DNA of 64,000 bases, from positions 2,688 to 66,687 of the forward strand of contig CANGGG010000005.1 of assembly GCA_947453415.1 (NCBI GenBank), given 5' to 3'. The first letter of the stretch is position 1. Every line of letters starts with the position of its first letter. The position numbers were made by a program, and so were the translations under genes. Of this stretch, positions 20,964 to 29,134 are shown piece by piece. This DNA comes from Bacteroidota bacterium (GTDB lineage: Bacteria; Bacteroidota; Bacteroidia; UKL13-3). Below the pieces are notes generated by a model. That model was not told the origin of the DNA and ran no database searches. It saw only the letters and a program-made list of their open reading frames with translations.

Positions 20964-21563
20964 TTAAGCAAATAAAACCACTCTAATAGCTTTATTTACA
21001 AATGATTGAAATGTTTCTTGTGGTATATTAAATGAATAGTGTGCTTGCTCAAAAAAAGGAGTTCTATTTAGAAATAATTCTTCCATTTTTTTTTCAATTT
21101 CCGCCTTTTCAATACCTAAAAACATCGGTCTTCGCATTTTTGAGTTCAAAATTCTATCCACTAAAAGTCCAATAGCACCATTTAAATAAAAAGATATACC
21201 ATTTGCATTTATCAAATCCATGTTATTATGATAACAAGGTGTACCACCACCACAACTAATAACTACATGATTCATGACAACAGTTTTCAATAAATATTTA
21301 TGTTCTAAATTTCTAAAATATTCTTCACCTTTTTCAGTAAAAATTTCTTCAATGCTAAGTTCTTCCTGTTGCTCAATTAATTTATCTAAATCAACAAAAG
21401 AATACTGCAAAGCATTGGCAAGTTTTTTACCCCAAGACGATTTTCCTGAGCCGGGCATTCCTACTATATATATTCTTTGATTTTTGATAATTTTTATTTT
21501 TGAAGGATGAAGGATAAAGTAAGAAGTATGAAGTGTAAAGGATGAATAAAAAAGGATGCCCAA
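20964..21563 (-). CDS. aroK: Shikimate kinase (start uncertain)
   Basis: P-loop IYIVGMPGSGKSS. There is no ATG upstream of the P-loop; the only in-frame start is TTG at 21563, which adds about 27 aa encoded by a heptamer array. Confidence 0.85.
   Translation of the reverse strand: MGILFYSSFTLHTSYFILHPSKIKIIKNQRIYIVGMPGSGKSSWGKKLANALQYSFVDLDKLIEQQEELSIEEIFTEKGEEYFRNLEHKYLLKTVVMNHVVISCGGGTPCYHNNMDLINANGISFYLNGAIGLLVDRILNSKMRRPMFLGIEKAEIEKKMEELFLNRTPFFEQAHYSFNIPQETFQSFVNKAIRVVLFA
21501..21556. repeat. TGAAGGA heptamer array (8 units)
   Basis: tgaagga tgaagga taaagta agaagta tgaagtg taaagga tgaataa aaaagga. Confidence 0.85.
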
Positions 21564-21595
21564 TGACTTATTTTAGGGCAACATGATTTTACGAA

Positions 21596-22708
21596 TTATT
21601 TCATGTAACGAGTTACAATATCATAAGTAGGAAAGTTATAAGCACTCCATTTTTTTACAACCACACTTCCTTTCATTAACACTAAACCTGGATTAGATCG
21701 AACCATTGATTTTAAAGGAACATTATCTACAGTATAATATTGAAAAGCGAGTTGGTTTTGATGGCGATATTCTTCTAATTTATCAGGTGAAGTAGCTGTT
21801 AAAGCCCAAAATTCTTTTTGATCTTTTTTACAATCATCGGCTAATAATGCCATTTGTTTTTCTAAGCCAACTCTTCCACCGTCTACAGTTAATTGAACAA
21901 GAATAAGTTTGTAACCTTTATTGGCAAATAAACTATCGGTGTAATTATTTCCATTTGCATCGGTTAAACTAAAATCGTGAATAGGCGGCTTACAGCCTTC
22001 ACGAACTACTTTATCTTTTCTATCTAAAAATTTATAGTTGGTATCACTTGGAATATTGTTCATATCAAACTCTTCTTTTACTCCATTTTTTTCGTAAATA
22101 AATACCATTACTACTGAATCAACAGGTGAACCGGGAGGGCAAACCATTTTTTCTTGAATGTTATTTCCAATTTTATATGGTAAAAAATCTTTGATTGGTA
22201 AAAACATATAAGTATAAAAAGTAAAGAAAGTTACTACCAAAAATGCAACTGATAATGCAATGTTTTGCAAAGTAAATTTCATTAAAGGTTTGAGGTGTTT
22301 TTGACCAAAGAATATAATTAAAATAAGTACCAATAATATCAAATCTTTATAAAAAGATTCTATAGGTTTTAGTTTAACCGCATCGCCAAAGCAACCACAA
22401 TCAGTAACCTTATGAGTAATGGCCGAATAACCAGTTAAAATAGTAAAGAAAACAATCATTAAAAGTAATAACCAAGCATTAAGTTTGTTAAACGCTCCCA
22501 ATAAAAGTGCTACACCACTAATTATTTCAAAAATACAAATGAACATAGACAATGCCACTGCGTATGGAATAAAAACTGGCATGTTAAACACCTCAAAATA
22601 TTCAACTAATTTATAACTGAAGCCAAGCGTGTCGTTGGCTTTAATTAAACCTGAAATAATAAATAATACGCCTACAAAAATGCGGCTAATTTGTGTGATG
22701 ATTTTCAT
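21596..22708 (-). CDS. DoxX/MauE-like membrane protein fused to a thioredoxin-like periplasmic domain
   Basis: 370 aa, four to five N-terminal TM helices with a CGCFG motif, soluble C-terminal half. Confidence 0.65.
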   Translation of the reverse strand: MKIITQISRIFVGVLFIISGLIKANDTLGFSYKLVEYFEVFNMPVFIPYAVALSMFICIFEIISGVALLLGAFNKLNAWLLLLMIVFFTILTGYSAITHKVTDCGCFGDAVKLKPIESFYKDLILLVLILIIFFGQKHLKPLMKFTLQNIALSVAFLVVTFFTFYTYMFLPIKDFLPYKIGNNIQEKMVCPPGSPVDSVVMVFIYEKNGVKEEFDMNNIPSDTNYKFLDRKDKVVREGCKPPIHDFSLTDANGNNYTDSLFANKGYKLILVQLTVDGGRVGLEKQMALLADDCKKDQKEFWALTATSPDKLEEYRHQNQLAFQYYTVDNVPLKSMVRSNPGLVLMKGSVVVKKWSAYNFPTYDIVTRYMK

Positions 22709-22739
22709 GCTTGTTATATTGTTGTTATGTTAAATTTGT

Positions 22740-22754
22740 TCCGATACATCGGGA
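22740..22754. repeat. Hairpin word TCCGATACATCGGGA
   Basis: 14-nt CCGATACATCGGGA also at 24279-24292; palindromic CCGAT/ATCGG arms. Confidence 0.7.
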
Positions 22755-22786
22755 GTAAGTTAATTAAATTGCTAGAGGCTAGAAAC

Positions 22787-23317
22787 CTAAAGCTTTATTA
22801 AAGCAAAAATTGAATAGTTTATCATATCCATTAAATTACTTTCTATTCCTTCGCTGGCAATTGTTTTTCCTTTATTGTCCAATATTTGTTTCATTCTTTG
22901 AACCCTCATTAACATCATATCGGTAAAAGTAGTTACCAACATATCGCGCCAAACCTCACCATAATCGTGATTTTTTTCTTCCATTAAAGTTTTGGTTTGA
23001 AACACATATTTATCGTAAAGTTTTTCAATAACGATTATGTTTAAATCCATTTCTTTACTTTCTACAAGTTCCAATTGAATTAAGCCCATGATACAATAGT
23101 TAATAATTCCCATAAATTCAGGTTCTATTCCTTCATTGACCATCATTGTTCCATTGTCTTCTATGGTTCTAATTCTATTTGCTTTTATATAAATTTGATC
23201 TATGATACTACTGATGCGCATAATTCGCCATGAAGTACCATAATCAGCATTTTTATTTAAAAATACTGTTCTGCATTTACCAATTACAGCATCGTATTGA
23301 GTGGACGTTTTATTCAT
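22787..23317 (-). CDS. DUF1599-like helical protein (internally duplicated)
   Basis: 176 aa; two similar halves (...NADYGTSWRIM...INYCIMGLIQL / ...NHDYGEVWRDM...INYSIFALIKL); divergent from folP. Family name is from memory. Confidence 0.6.
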   Translation of the reverse strand: MNKTSTQYDAVIGKCRTVFLNKNADYGTSWRIMRISSIIDQIYIKANRIRTIEDNGTMMVNEGIEPEFMGIINYCIMGLIQLELVESKEMDLNIIVIEKLYDKYVFQTKTLMEEKNHDYGEVWRDMLVTTFTDMMLMRVQRMKQILDNKGKTIASEGIESNLMDMINYSIFALIKL

Positions 23318-23419
23318 TCTTTTTATTTTGTAAAAATATATTTTTGAAAGCTACACATGAAAAATACCATTTGCCAATAGCAATTTTTATATTGCGCAAA
23401 AATAAACACCAAACCGACA

Positions 23420-24265
23420 TTGCAAACTTTTAAATCTAAAAAAACTATTAATTGTAAAGGAAAGCTGATAAACCTTGATAAACCAAGGGTTATGGGAATT
23501 TTAAATATTACCACAGACAGCTTTTTTGACGGTGGTAAATACAATTCAATGGACAATGCCTTGTTTCAAACCGAAAAAATGTTGACCGATGGTGCCACTT
23601 TTATTGATATTGGTGCGCAAAGTACACGACCGGGTGCTGACATGATTGGAGCAGAGGCCGAACTAAAATTTGCAATTCGTGCCATTGAAAATATTATACA
23701 AAGATTTCCTGAAGCCATCATTAGCATTGATACTTTCAATTCCAAAGTAGCTCACGAAGCCATTATTGCTGGTGCTGCTATTATTAATGATATTTCGGCA
23801 GGTGATGACGATGAACAAATGTTCAAAACCGTTATTCAACATCAAGTTCCTTATATCATGATGCACAAAAAAGGGAATAGTAAAACCATGCAACAAAATC
23901 CAAGTTACAACAATGTTTTATTGGAGGTGATTGATTATTTTGTTCAAAAAGTTGAATTTTTAAAACAAAATGGAGTAGCCGATATCATCATTGATCCAGG
24001 TTTTGGTTTTGGAAAAAACATAGAACATAATTACACTTTGCTGAATAAATTGGATAGATTCAAAATTTTCGAATTACCCATTTTAGTTGGATTTTCGAGA
24101 AAGAAAATGATTCAAAACATCATCAATGAACCGGCAGAAAATGCTTTAAATGGAACTACTGTAGCTAATACCATCGCGCTAATGAAAGGTTCAAAAATAC
24201 TGAGAGTTCATGATGTAAAAGAAGCGGTGGAAGCGGTGAAAATATTTGGTATGATGGAAAATTAA
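23420..24265 (+). CDS. folP: Dihydropteroate synthase
   Basis: VMGILNITTDSFFDGG, IDIGAQSTRPG, DPGFGFGK. Confidence 0.95.
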   Translation: MQTFKSKKTINCKGKLINLDKPRVMGILNITTDSFFDGGKYNSMDNALFQTEKMLTDGATFIDIGAQSTRPGADMIGAEAELKFAIRAIENIIQRFPEAIISIDTFNSKVAHEAIIAGAAIINDISAGDDDEQMFKTVIQHQVPYIMMHKKGNSKTMQQNPSYNNVLLEVIDYFVQKVEFLKQNGVADIIIDPGFGFGKNIEHNYTLLNKLDRFKIFELPILVGFSRKKMIQNIINEPAENALNGTTVANTIALMKGSKILRVHDVKEAVEAVKIFGMMEN

Positions 24266-24276
24266 TAGTGGTTGTT

Positions 24277-24292
24277 GTCCCGATACATCGGG
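24277..24292. repeat. Hairpin word TCCCGATACATCGGGA just after folP
   Basis: Second copy of the 22740 word. Confidence 0.7.
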
Positions 24293-24450
24293 ATTGAATG
24301 TTGAATTATAATTTGAAAATGATTTAATATTTCAGCTAAAAACAATATTATTAATTTAAATATTTTGCTTAATTTATCTTTTGAAATGCTCCTTTTTATA
24401 AGATCTAAATATACAATTCAACTTTTTTCCGTAAACTTGCCCAATAAACA

Positions 24451-25245
24451 ATGGAAATATTAACCTATAAATTTAGTTGGATAAACCTCATTGACATTTT
24501 GTTGGTGGTGGCTATTGCCTGGCAATTATTTGTTAGGCTAAAAGGTAGTTTGGCATTTAATATTATGATTGGTTTGCTTACCCTTTATGCTTTTTGGTGG
24601 GTGGTAAAATATTTTGAAATGCCTTTATTAGAAACCATTTTAGGTGGTTTTGCCAGGTTTGGTGTGGTGGCAGTTTTAATTGTTTTTCAACAAGAAATTA
24701 GGCGCTTTTTATTAATTATTGGAAGGAATTCTTTTTTAGGCGAAAACAAAAAATGGTGGCATATTTTTCCTTGGATGTGGAAATTAGATGAAAACGATGA
24801 ACTAGATTTTGAAACCATTGTAGATGCTTGTCAGGTATTAGCCGAAACCAATACGGGTGCTATTATTATTTTTCCAAAAACAAGTGAAATGCGTTTTTTA
24901 GCAGCAAGTGGTGAAACCATAGATGCGCAAATTACCAAACGATTAATTTTAACCATATTTAATAAGAACAGTCCTTTGCACGATGGCGCTATGATTATTG
25001 CCAAAGGCAAAATAAAAGCTGCAAACTGTGTATTACCCGTAAGTGATAATCCTGATATGATAAATAAATTTGGATTACGTCACTTAGCTGCAATTGGAAT
25101 TACAGAACAAACAGACGCTATTTGTTTGGTAATTAGCGAAGAAAGTGGCTTAATTAGTTTTGTGAAAGAAGGAAAAATTAAAGAAGCCATTGACCGAGAA
25201 TTACTCATTGACTTACTTCATAAAGAACTTAAACCGAAGGGTTGA
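24451..25245 (+). CDS. cdaA: Diadenylate cyclase (c-di-AMP synthase), membrane-anchored
   Basis: Three N-terminal TM helices, DAC domain motifs ...SPLHDGAMII... and RHLAAIGITEQTDAICLVISEESG. Confidence 0.9.
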   Translation: MEILTYKFSWINLIDILLVVAIAWQLFVRLKGSLAFNIMIGLLTLYAFWWVVKYFEMPLLETILGGFARFGVVAVLIVFQQEIRRFLLIIGRNSFLGENKKWWHIFPWMWKLDENDELDFETIVDACQVLAETNTGAIIIFPKTSEMRFLAASGETIDAQITKRLILTIFNKNSPLHDGAMIIAKGKIKAANCVLPVSDNPDMINKFGLRHLAAIGITEQTDAICLVISEESGLISFVKEGKIKEAIDRELLIDLLHKELKPKG

Positions 25246-25385
25246 TTTGTTGATTTATTAAATTGTTGAATTGGAGATTTGGAGATTTTTTGATTAAGTT
25301 TTTGGTTGGTTAATTTGTCTATTGCTAATTGCTAATTGCCAATTGCCTCACTTCGCATTTTTGTCATTCCGAAATCCGCATTTTT
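25243..25385. repeat. Intergenic region made entirely of degenerate 8-nt then 7-nt tandem units
   Basis: tgttgatt tattaaat tgttgaat tggagatt tggagatt ttttgatt ... tgctaat tgctaat tgccaat tgcctcac ttcgcatt; fills the whole gap between the convergent cdaA and TPR genes. Confidence 0.85.
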
Positions 25386-25889
25386 TTATTCCTCCAATAT
25401 ACTGTCTTTATTAATTGACTCTAAAAACTCTTCATCTGTTTTGCCTAAGTTTTCAATGGAAAGTTTAGCATCTTCAGTTAAATCGCTATTCGGGTATTTT
25501 TGTAAAAACTGATTGTAATAAATACGAGCTTGCTCAAAGTCGTTTAAATTATTTTCGTAACTGAAAGCTATTGAGAACAAAGCTTGTTCGCAAAATTTAG
25601 AATTAGGATACGTTTTAATTAATTTTTCAAAAAAACCAATTCCTTCTTTTGCTTTATTTAAAATACTACTTCTTTGCGCAGCTTTAAATAAAAACTCAGG
25701 TGCACGCTCATCGTCAGGGTATTTTTCAACGAAGGAAGCATAATTTAAATACAAGTCGGAAATTTGTGTAATGCTAAAAGCACTGTCACTGTTTTCTAGT
25801 TTTGTTATTTGTTCAATCATTTTTTCCTTTGGCGAATGACAAGCATAAACAATTGAAATGGCACAAATTAATATAAATATTCTTTTCAC
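25386..25889 (-). CDS. TPR-repeat lipoprotein
   Basis: Lipobox IVYAC, TPR-like helices (YPNSKFCEQALFSIAFSY, YPNSDLTEDAKL). Confidence 0.75.
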   Translation of the reverse strand: MKRIFILICAISIVYACHSPKEKMIEQITKLENSDSAFSITQISDLYLNYASFVEKYPDDERAPEFLFKAAQRSSILNKAKEGIGFFEKLIKTYPNSKFCEQALFSIAFSYENNLNDFEQARIYYNQFLQKYPNSDLTEDAKLSIENLGKTDEEFLESINKDSILEE

Positions 25890-26080
25890 TTTAATGGGTT
25901 TTTAGTGCTGCAAAGAAAATGATGAAGCATTAAACTATTTTGTTAATTTTTACACAATTTTTATTAGGTTGCGCAATAATTATTACAATAATATTTTACA
26001 ATATTCGGTTGTAATCAATTCAAAAATCAAATCATTTACAAAAAAGTTTCATTTAAAGTTTGAAAGCATCGTAATCCGAT

Positions 26081-26088
26081 TATTTTTG
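26081..26088 (+). promoter_or_regulatory. -7 box TATTTTTG for pdhB
   Basis: Exact TAnnTTTG 24 nt upstream of the ATG. Confidence 0.5.
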
Positions 26089-26111
26089 CAACACTTTTTT
26101 TAAAAACATAC

Positions 26112-27089
26112 ATGAGAGTAATACAATTTAGAGAAGCCCTACGCGAAGCCATGAACGAAGAAATGCGTAGAGATAAAGATATTTTTTTAATGGGCGAAGA
26201 AGTTGCCGAATACAATGGTGCTTATAAAGTGAGCCAAGGTATGTTAGAAGAATTTGGCGAAAAAAGAATCATTGATACACCGATAGCTGAACTTGGTTTT
26301 GCGGGAATAGCAGTAGGTGCGGCCATGAATGGCTTACGCCCAATTGTTGAGTTTATGACTTTCAACTTTTCGTTGGTAGCCATTGACCAAGTAATTAATT
26401 CGGCTGCTAAAATGTACCAAATGAGCGGTGGACAATTTAATATGCCTATGGTATTTAGAGGACCAACAGCTAGTGCCGGACAATTAGGAGCCCAACATAG
26501 TCAAGCTTTTGAAAATTGGTATGCAAACTGCCCAGGTTTAAAAGTAGTTGTTCCTTCAAATCCTTATGATGCCAAAGGTTTGCTTAAAACTGCCATTAGA
26601 GATAACGATCCGGTTATATTCATGGAAAGTGAGCAAATGTATGGCGATAAAGGCGAAGTGCCAGAAGAAGAATACTTAATTCCAATAGGAAAAGCAGTTA
26701 CCAAACGTGAAGGAACTGATGTAACCATTGTTTCATTTGGTAAAATTATAAAACTAGCTTACGTAGCTGCCGAGGAATTAGCTAAAGACGGAATCAGTGT
26801 TGAAATTATAGATTTACGCACCGTTCGTCCTATTGATTATGAAGCAATCGTTGAGTCAGTAAAAAAAACAAATAGACTAATTATTTTAGAAGAAGCATGG
26901 CCTTTGGCCAATATCAGTACCGAAATTACTTACATGGTTCAAAAACGTGCCTTTGATTATTTGGATGCACCTATTCGCAGAATAAATACGGCAGATGCGC
27001 CACTGGGCTACGCTCCTACTTTTGTTGAAGCATTTTTACCAAGTGTAAAACAAATTATTGATACTGTAAAAGAAGTTCTTTACAGATAG
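26112..27089 (+). CDS. pdhB: Pyruvate/2-oxoacid dehydrogenase E1 component beta subunit
   Basis: 325 aa, ...DTPIAELGFAGIAVGAAMNGLRPIVEFMTFNF... Confidence 0.92.
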   Translation: MRVIQFREALREAMNEEMRRDKDIFLMGEEVAEYNGAYKVSQGMLEEFGEKRIIDTPIAELGFAGIAVGAAMNGLRPIVEFMTFNFSLVAIDQVINSAAKMYQMSGGQFNMPMVFRGPTASAGQLGAQHSQAFENWYANCPGLKVVVPSNPYDAKGLLKTAIRDNDPVIFMESEQMYGDKGEVPEEEYLIPIGKAVTKREGTDVTIVSFGKIIKLAYVAAEELAKDGISVEIIDLRTVRPIDYEAIVESVKKTNRLIILEEAWPLANISTEITYMVQKRAFDYLDAPIRRINTADAPLGYAPTFVEAFLPSVKQIIDTVKEVLYR

Positions 27090-27166
27090 TTGTCAGTTGA
27101 TAGACGATAGACGATAGACGATAGTTGATGGACAATAGTAGATTGTCGATAGACCATAGCTAACAC
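27083..27166. repeat. GATAGAC heptamer array (12 units) starting in the last pdhB codons
   Basis: cagatag ttgtcag ttgatag acgatag acgatag acgatag ttgatgg acaatag tagattg tcgatag accatag ctaacac. Confidence 0.9.
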
Positions 27167-27240
27167 AAATTGGTCATTGAGTTTGTCGAAATGCCAACAA
27201 TTATCTTTTCGAATTTTTTATATTTAAATTTAGAATTTTT

Positions 27241-27280
27241 AAAAAGCCATTAGTTATTTACTTAACTAATGGCTTTTTTA
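27241..27280 (+). terminator. Rho-independent terminator after pdhB
   Basis: AAAAAGCCATTAGTTATTTACTTAACTAATGGCTTTTTTATTT. Confidence 0.85.
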
Positions 27281-27307
27281 TTTGTTATTTTATTATAAAT
27301 TCGTTCT

Positions 27308-27799
27308 ATGAAAATCCTTCTTTTTATTAAACTATTTGTGTTTGGTTTTTTGCTTTGCAATGCGCAACAAAAAATCATGTTTCTTGAAAAAGGAAATCAG
27401 CAAGAAATTAGAAATAGCATTTATACGCTTCCTACAGCTGTAACATGTACTTTCGGTAATAAGGTAAAAAGAGATTTAGTGCTTGAGAAAGTGCAAGGAG
27501 ATAGCTTTTATTTTGAACAATATTATAACCAAGAGGCCAATTACGACTGTTTAATAAAATCGGTTGGAAAAATAAAGTTCCATAAAAAAAGCGAAAACTT
27601 TTTGTATTTTATTGACGGAGCATTTATTGCCTCAGCATCTTTTTTAACTTTTGGAACATTCGTTGGCTTGTTTAATTATCCTCCAATTGCATTTGTTTTT
27701 GGTCCAATTGCGGCATTAAATATTGTGATTGTTGTTGCCATAAGTAAAAAACTTCCAAAATCTTATATCATTCAAAATTGGAAAATACATGTTTTATAA
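27308..27799 (+). CDS. Hypothetical signal-peptide protein with C-terminal TM helices
   Basis: 163 aa; signal peptide ...LLCNAQQ, soluble beta-rich segment, two C-terminal TM helices. Confidence 0.6.
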   Translation: MKILLFIKLFVFGFLLCNAQQKIMFLEKGNQQEIRNSIYTLPTAVTCTFGNKVKRDLVLEKVQGDSFYFEQYYNQEANYDCLIKSVGKIKFHKKSENFLYFIDGAFIASASFLTFGTFVGLFNYPPIAFVFGPIAALNIVIVVAISKKLPKSYIIQNWKIHVL

Positions 27800-28250
27800 A
27801 TTAATTATTGTATTACTATTTGCTTTTATTGGCCAAAGTATTTTTGCGCAAGAAGTAATTTTACAAAAAAACGGTACTACCAAAACATACCAATTTTCTT
27901 TGCCTAAAAGAATAACATTTGAATACAAAACTGATAGTGGAATGATTACGATTAAAGCCAAAGCCATTCGTTACGAATTTCCTTATTTAACCATTAAAAA
28001 AAATAAAAATACGACAATAGTTGATGTAAGAAAAATTACGACACTTTATTATACTTCTCGAATTGCAGGTTTGTATTATGTTGGAGGTACTGCCATTGCG
28101 CTTTTTTGTATTCCAATAGTTGTAATATCAATGAAAGAAAGAATTTACGAAGCGGCATTTTTCTTTACTTTGCCACTCGCGCTAACCTATATTCAGTATC
28201 GGGAGGCAAACAGAACATTTGATACCCAACAAAAATGGCATTTTAAATAA
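27789..28250 (+). CDS. Hypothetical protein with the same architecture as the preceding gene
   Basis: 153 aa; 11-nt overlap with the upstream gene; signal peptide, soluble segment, two TM helices. Confidence 0.6.
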   Translation: MFYKLIIVLLFAFIGQSIFAQEVILQKNGTTKTYQFSLPKRITFEYKTDSGMITIKAKAIRYEFPYLTIKKNKNTTIVDVRKITTLYYTSRIAGLYYVGGTAIALFCIPIVVISMKERIYEAAFFFTLPLALTYIQYREANRTFDTQQKWHFK

Positions 28251-28549
28251 GTATTTTTACTTCTTTATTTTCTTATAACCATAGGCCACAACAGCGGCTA
28301 CTAATAATATAATTCCTCCATCAACTAGAACATCTTGTGGTTCGTCATCAAATCTACTAATGCTTCCTTATTTTGCATTGGCTACAAAGTTTATGCATAC
28401 CAATATTGATGTGATTGCTATTACTATCATTTTTATAATTTTCCATAATCCATATTAAAAAAAAGGCAATGCATTGCATACTTGCACCTAATAAACAAAT
28501 GTGATTATAACTAAAGCTATGTTTTGAAAAAGCAAATGTCATGCATAAC

Positions 28550-28567
28550 TTATGACTGGAGTCATAA
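28550..28567. promoter_or_regulatory. Perfect 7-4-7 palindrome TTATGAC-TGGA-GTCATAA, candidate Crp/Fnr-family site for the nos promoter
   Basis: Centre about 43 nt upstream of the transcription start predicted from the CACCTTTG box at 28588-28595; near-identical copy at 37038-37055. Confidence 0.55.
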
Positions 28568-28587
28568 ATTCAAATAGCTGTAAAACA

Positions 28588-28595
28588 CACCTTTG
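28588..28595 (+). promoter_or_regulatory. Imperfect -7 box CACCTTTG for the nos operon
   Basis: TTTG core 27 nt upstream of the cytochrome c ATG; lacks the TA, as expected for an activator-dependent promoter. Confidence 0.4.
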
Positions 28596-28621
28596 TTTCC
28601 ATAAACTAGATAAAAATAAAC

Positions 28622-29113
28622 ATGAAAAAAATCTTTGTAATCTTAACATTTGCTTCCATATTATATGCCTGCGGTGGTGGTGAATCAAAATCTGAATCTA
28701 AAACTGAAGAGGCCGTTGAGGCAACAACTGAGGGAACAGCAGCAAATGCAAACCCTGACTATGACCCTAAAAGAGGTGAAGGAAAATTTACTGCAGAAAC
28801 CGTAAAAATAGGTGCAACTATAGATGCAACTATGGTAACAGAAGGCGAAAAAATTCAATCGGTAAAATGCAGTGCTTGCCATAAACTAACTGATGAAAAA
28901 TTAGTTGGTCCAGGTTGGGCGGGTGTAACTAAACGCAGAAACCCAGAATGGATTATGAACTTTATTACCAATCCCGATCCAATGATTGACAAGGATCCAG
29001 TAGTTCAAGCCTCATTAGAACTTTGCTTAGTGCGTATGCCAAACCAAAGTTTAACAGACGATGATGCAAGACATTTATTAGAATTTATGCGTAAAAATGA
29101 CGGTGTTAAATAA
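28622..29113 (+). CDS. Monoheme c-type cytochrome lipoprotein (nos-associated)
   Basis: Lipobox ILYACGG, single CSACH heme motif, distal Met in CLVRMPNQ; 21 nt upstream of nosZ. Confidence 0.85.
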   Translation: MKKIFVILTFASILYACGGGESKSESKTEEAVEATTEGTAANANPDYDPKRGEGKFTAETVKIGATIDATMVTEGEKIQSVKCSACHKLTDEKLVGPGWAGVTKRRNPEWIMNFITNPDPMIDKDPVVQASLELCLVRMPNQSLTDDDARHLLEFMRKNDGVK

Positions 29114-29134
29114 ACAATAAAATAATTACCCCAA

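Noticed and set aside
23230-23556. ORFs 23230-23433 (+) and 23323-23556 (-) at the DUF1599-like/folP divergent promoter
   Set aside because: They overlap the starts of the two recognisable genes and the promoter spacer, and have no motifs.
25243-25385. Possible CRISPR array, because of the regular repeats here and at 27083, 17737 and 60275
   Set aside because: The period is 7-9 nt (78 nt at 17737) with no unique spacers of 25-40 nt, and no cas genes are in the window. These are not CRISPR arrays.
28357-28542. 61-aa minus-strand ORF upstream of the nos operon
   Set aside because: It is Cys/His-scattered low-complexity sequence with no promoter box or family resemblance, and it sits in the likely nos regulatory region. 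It is kept only as part of the possible gene-remnant note.
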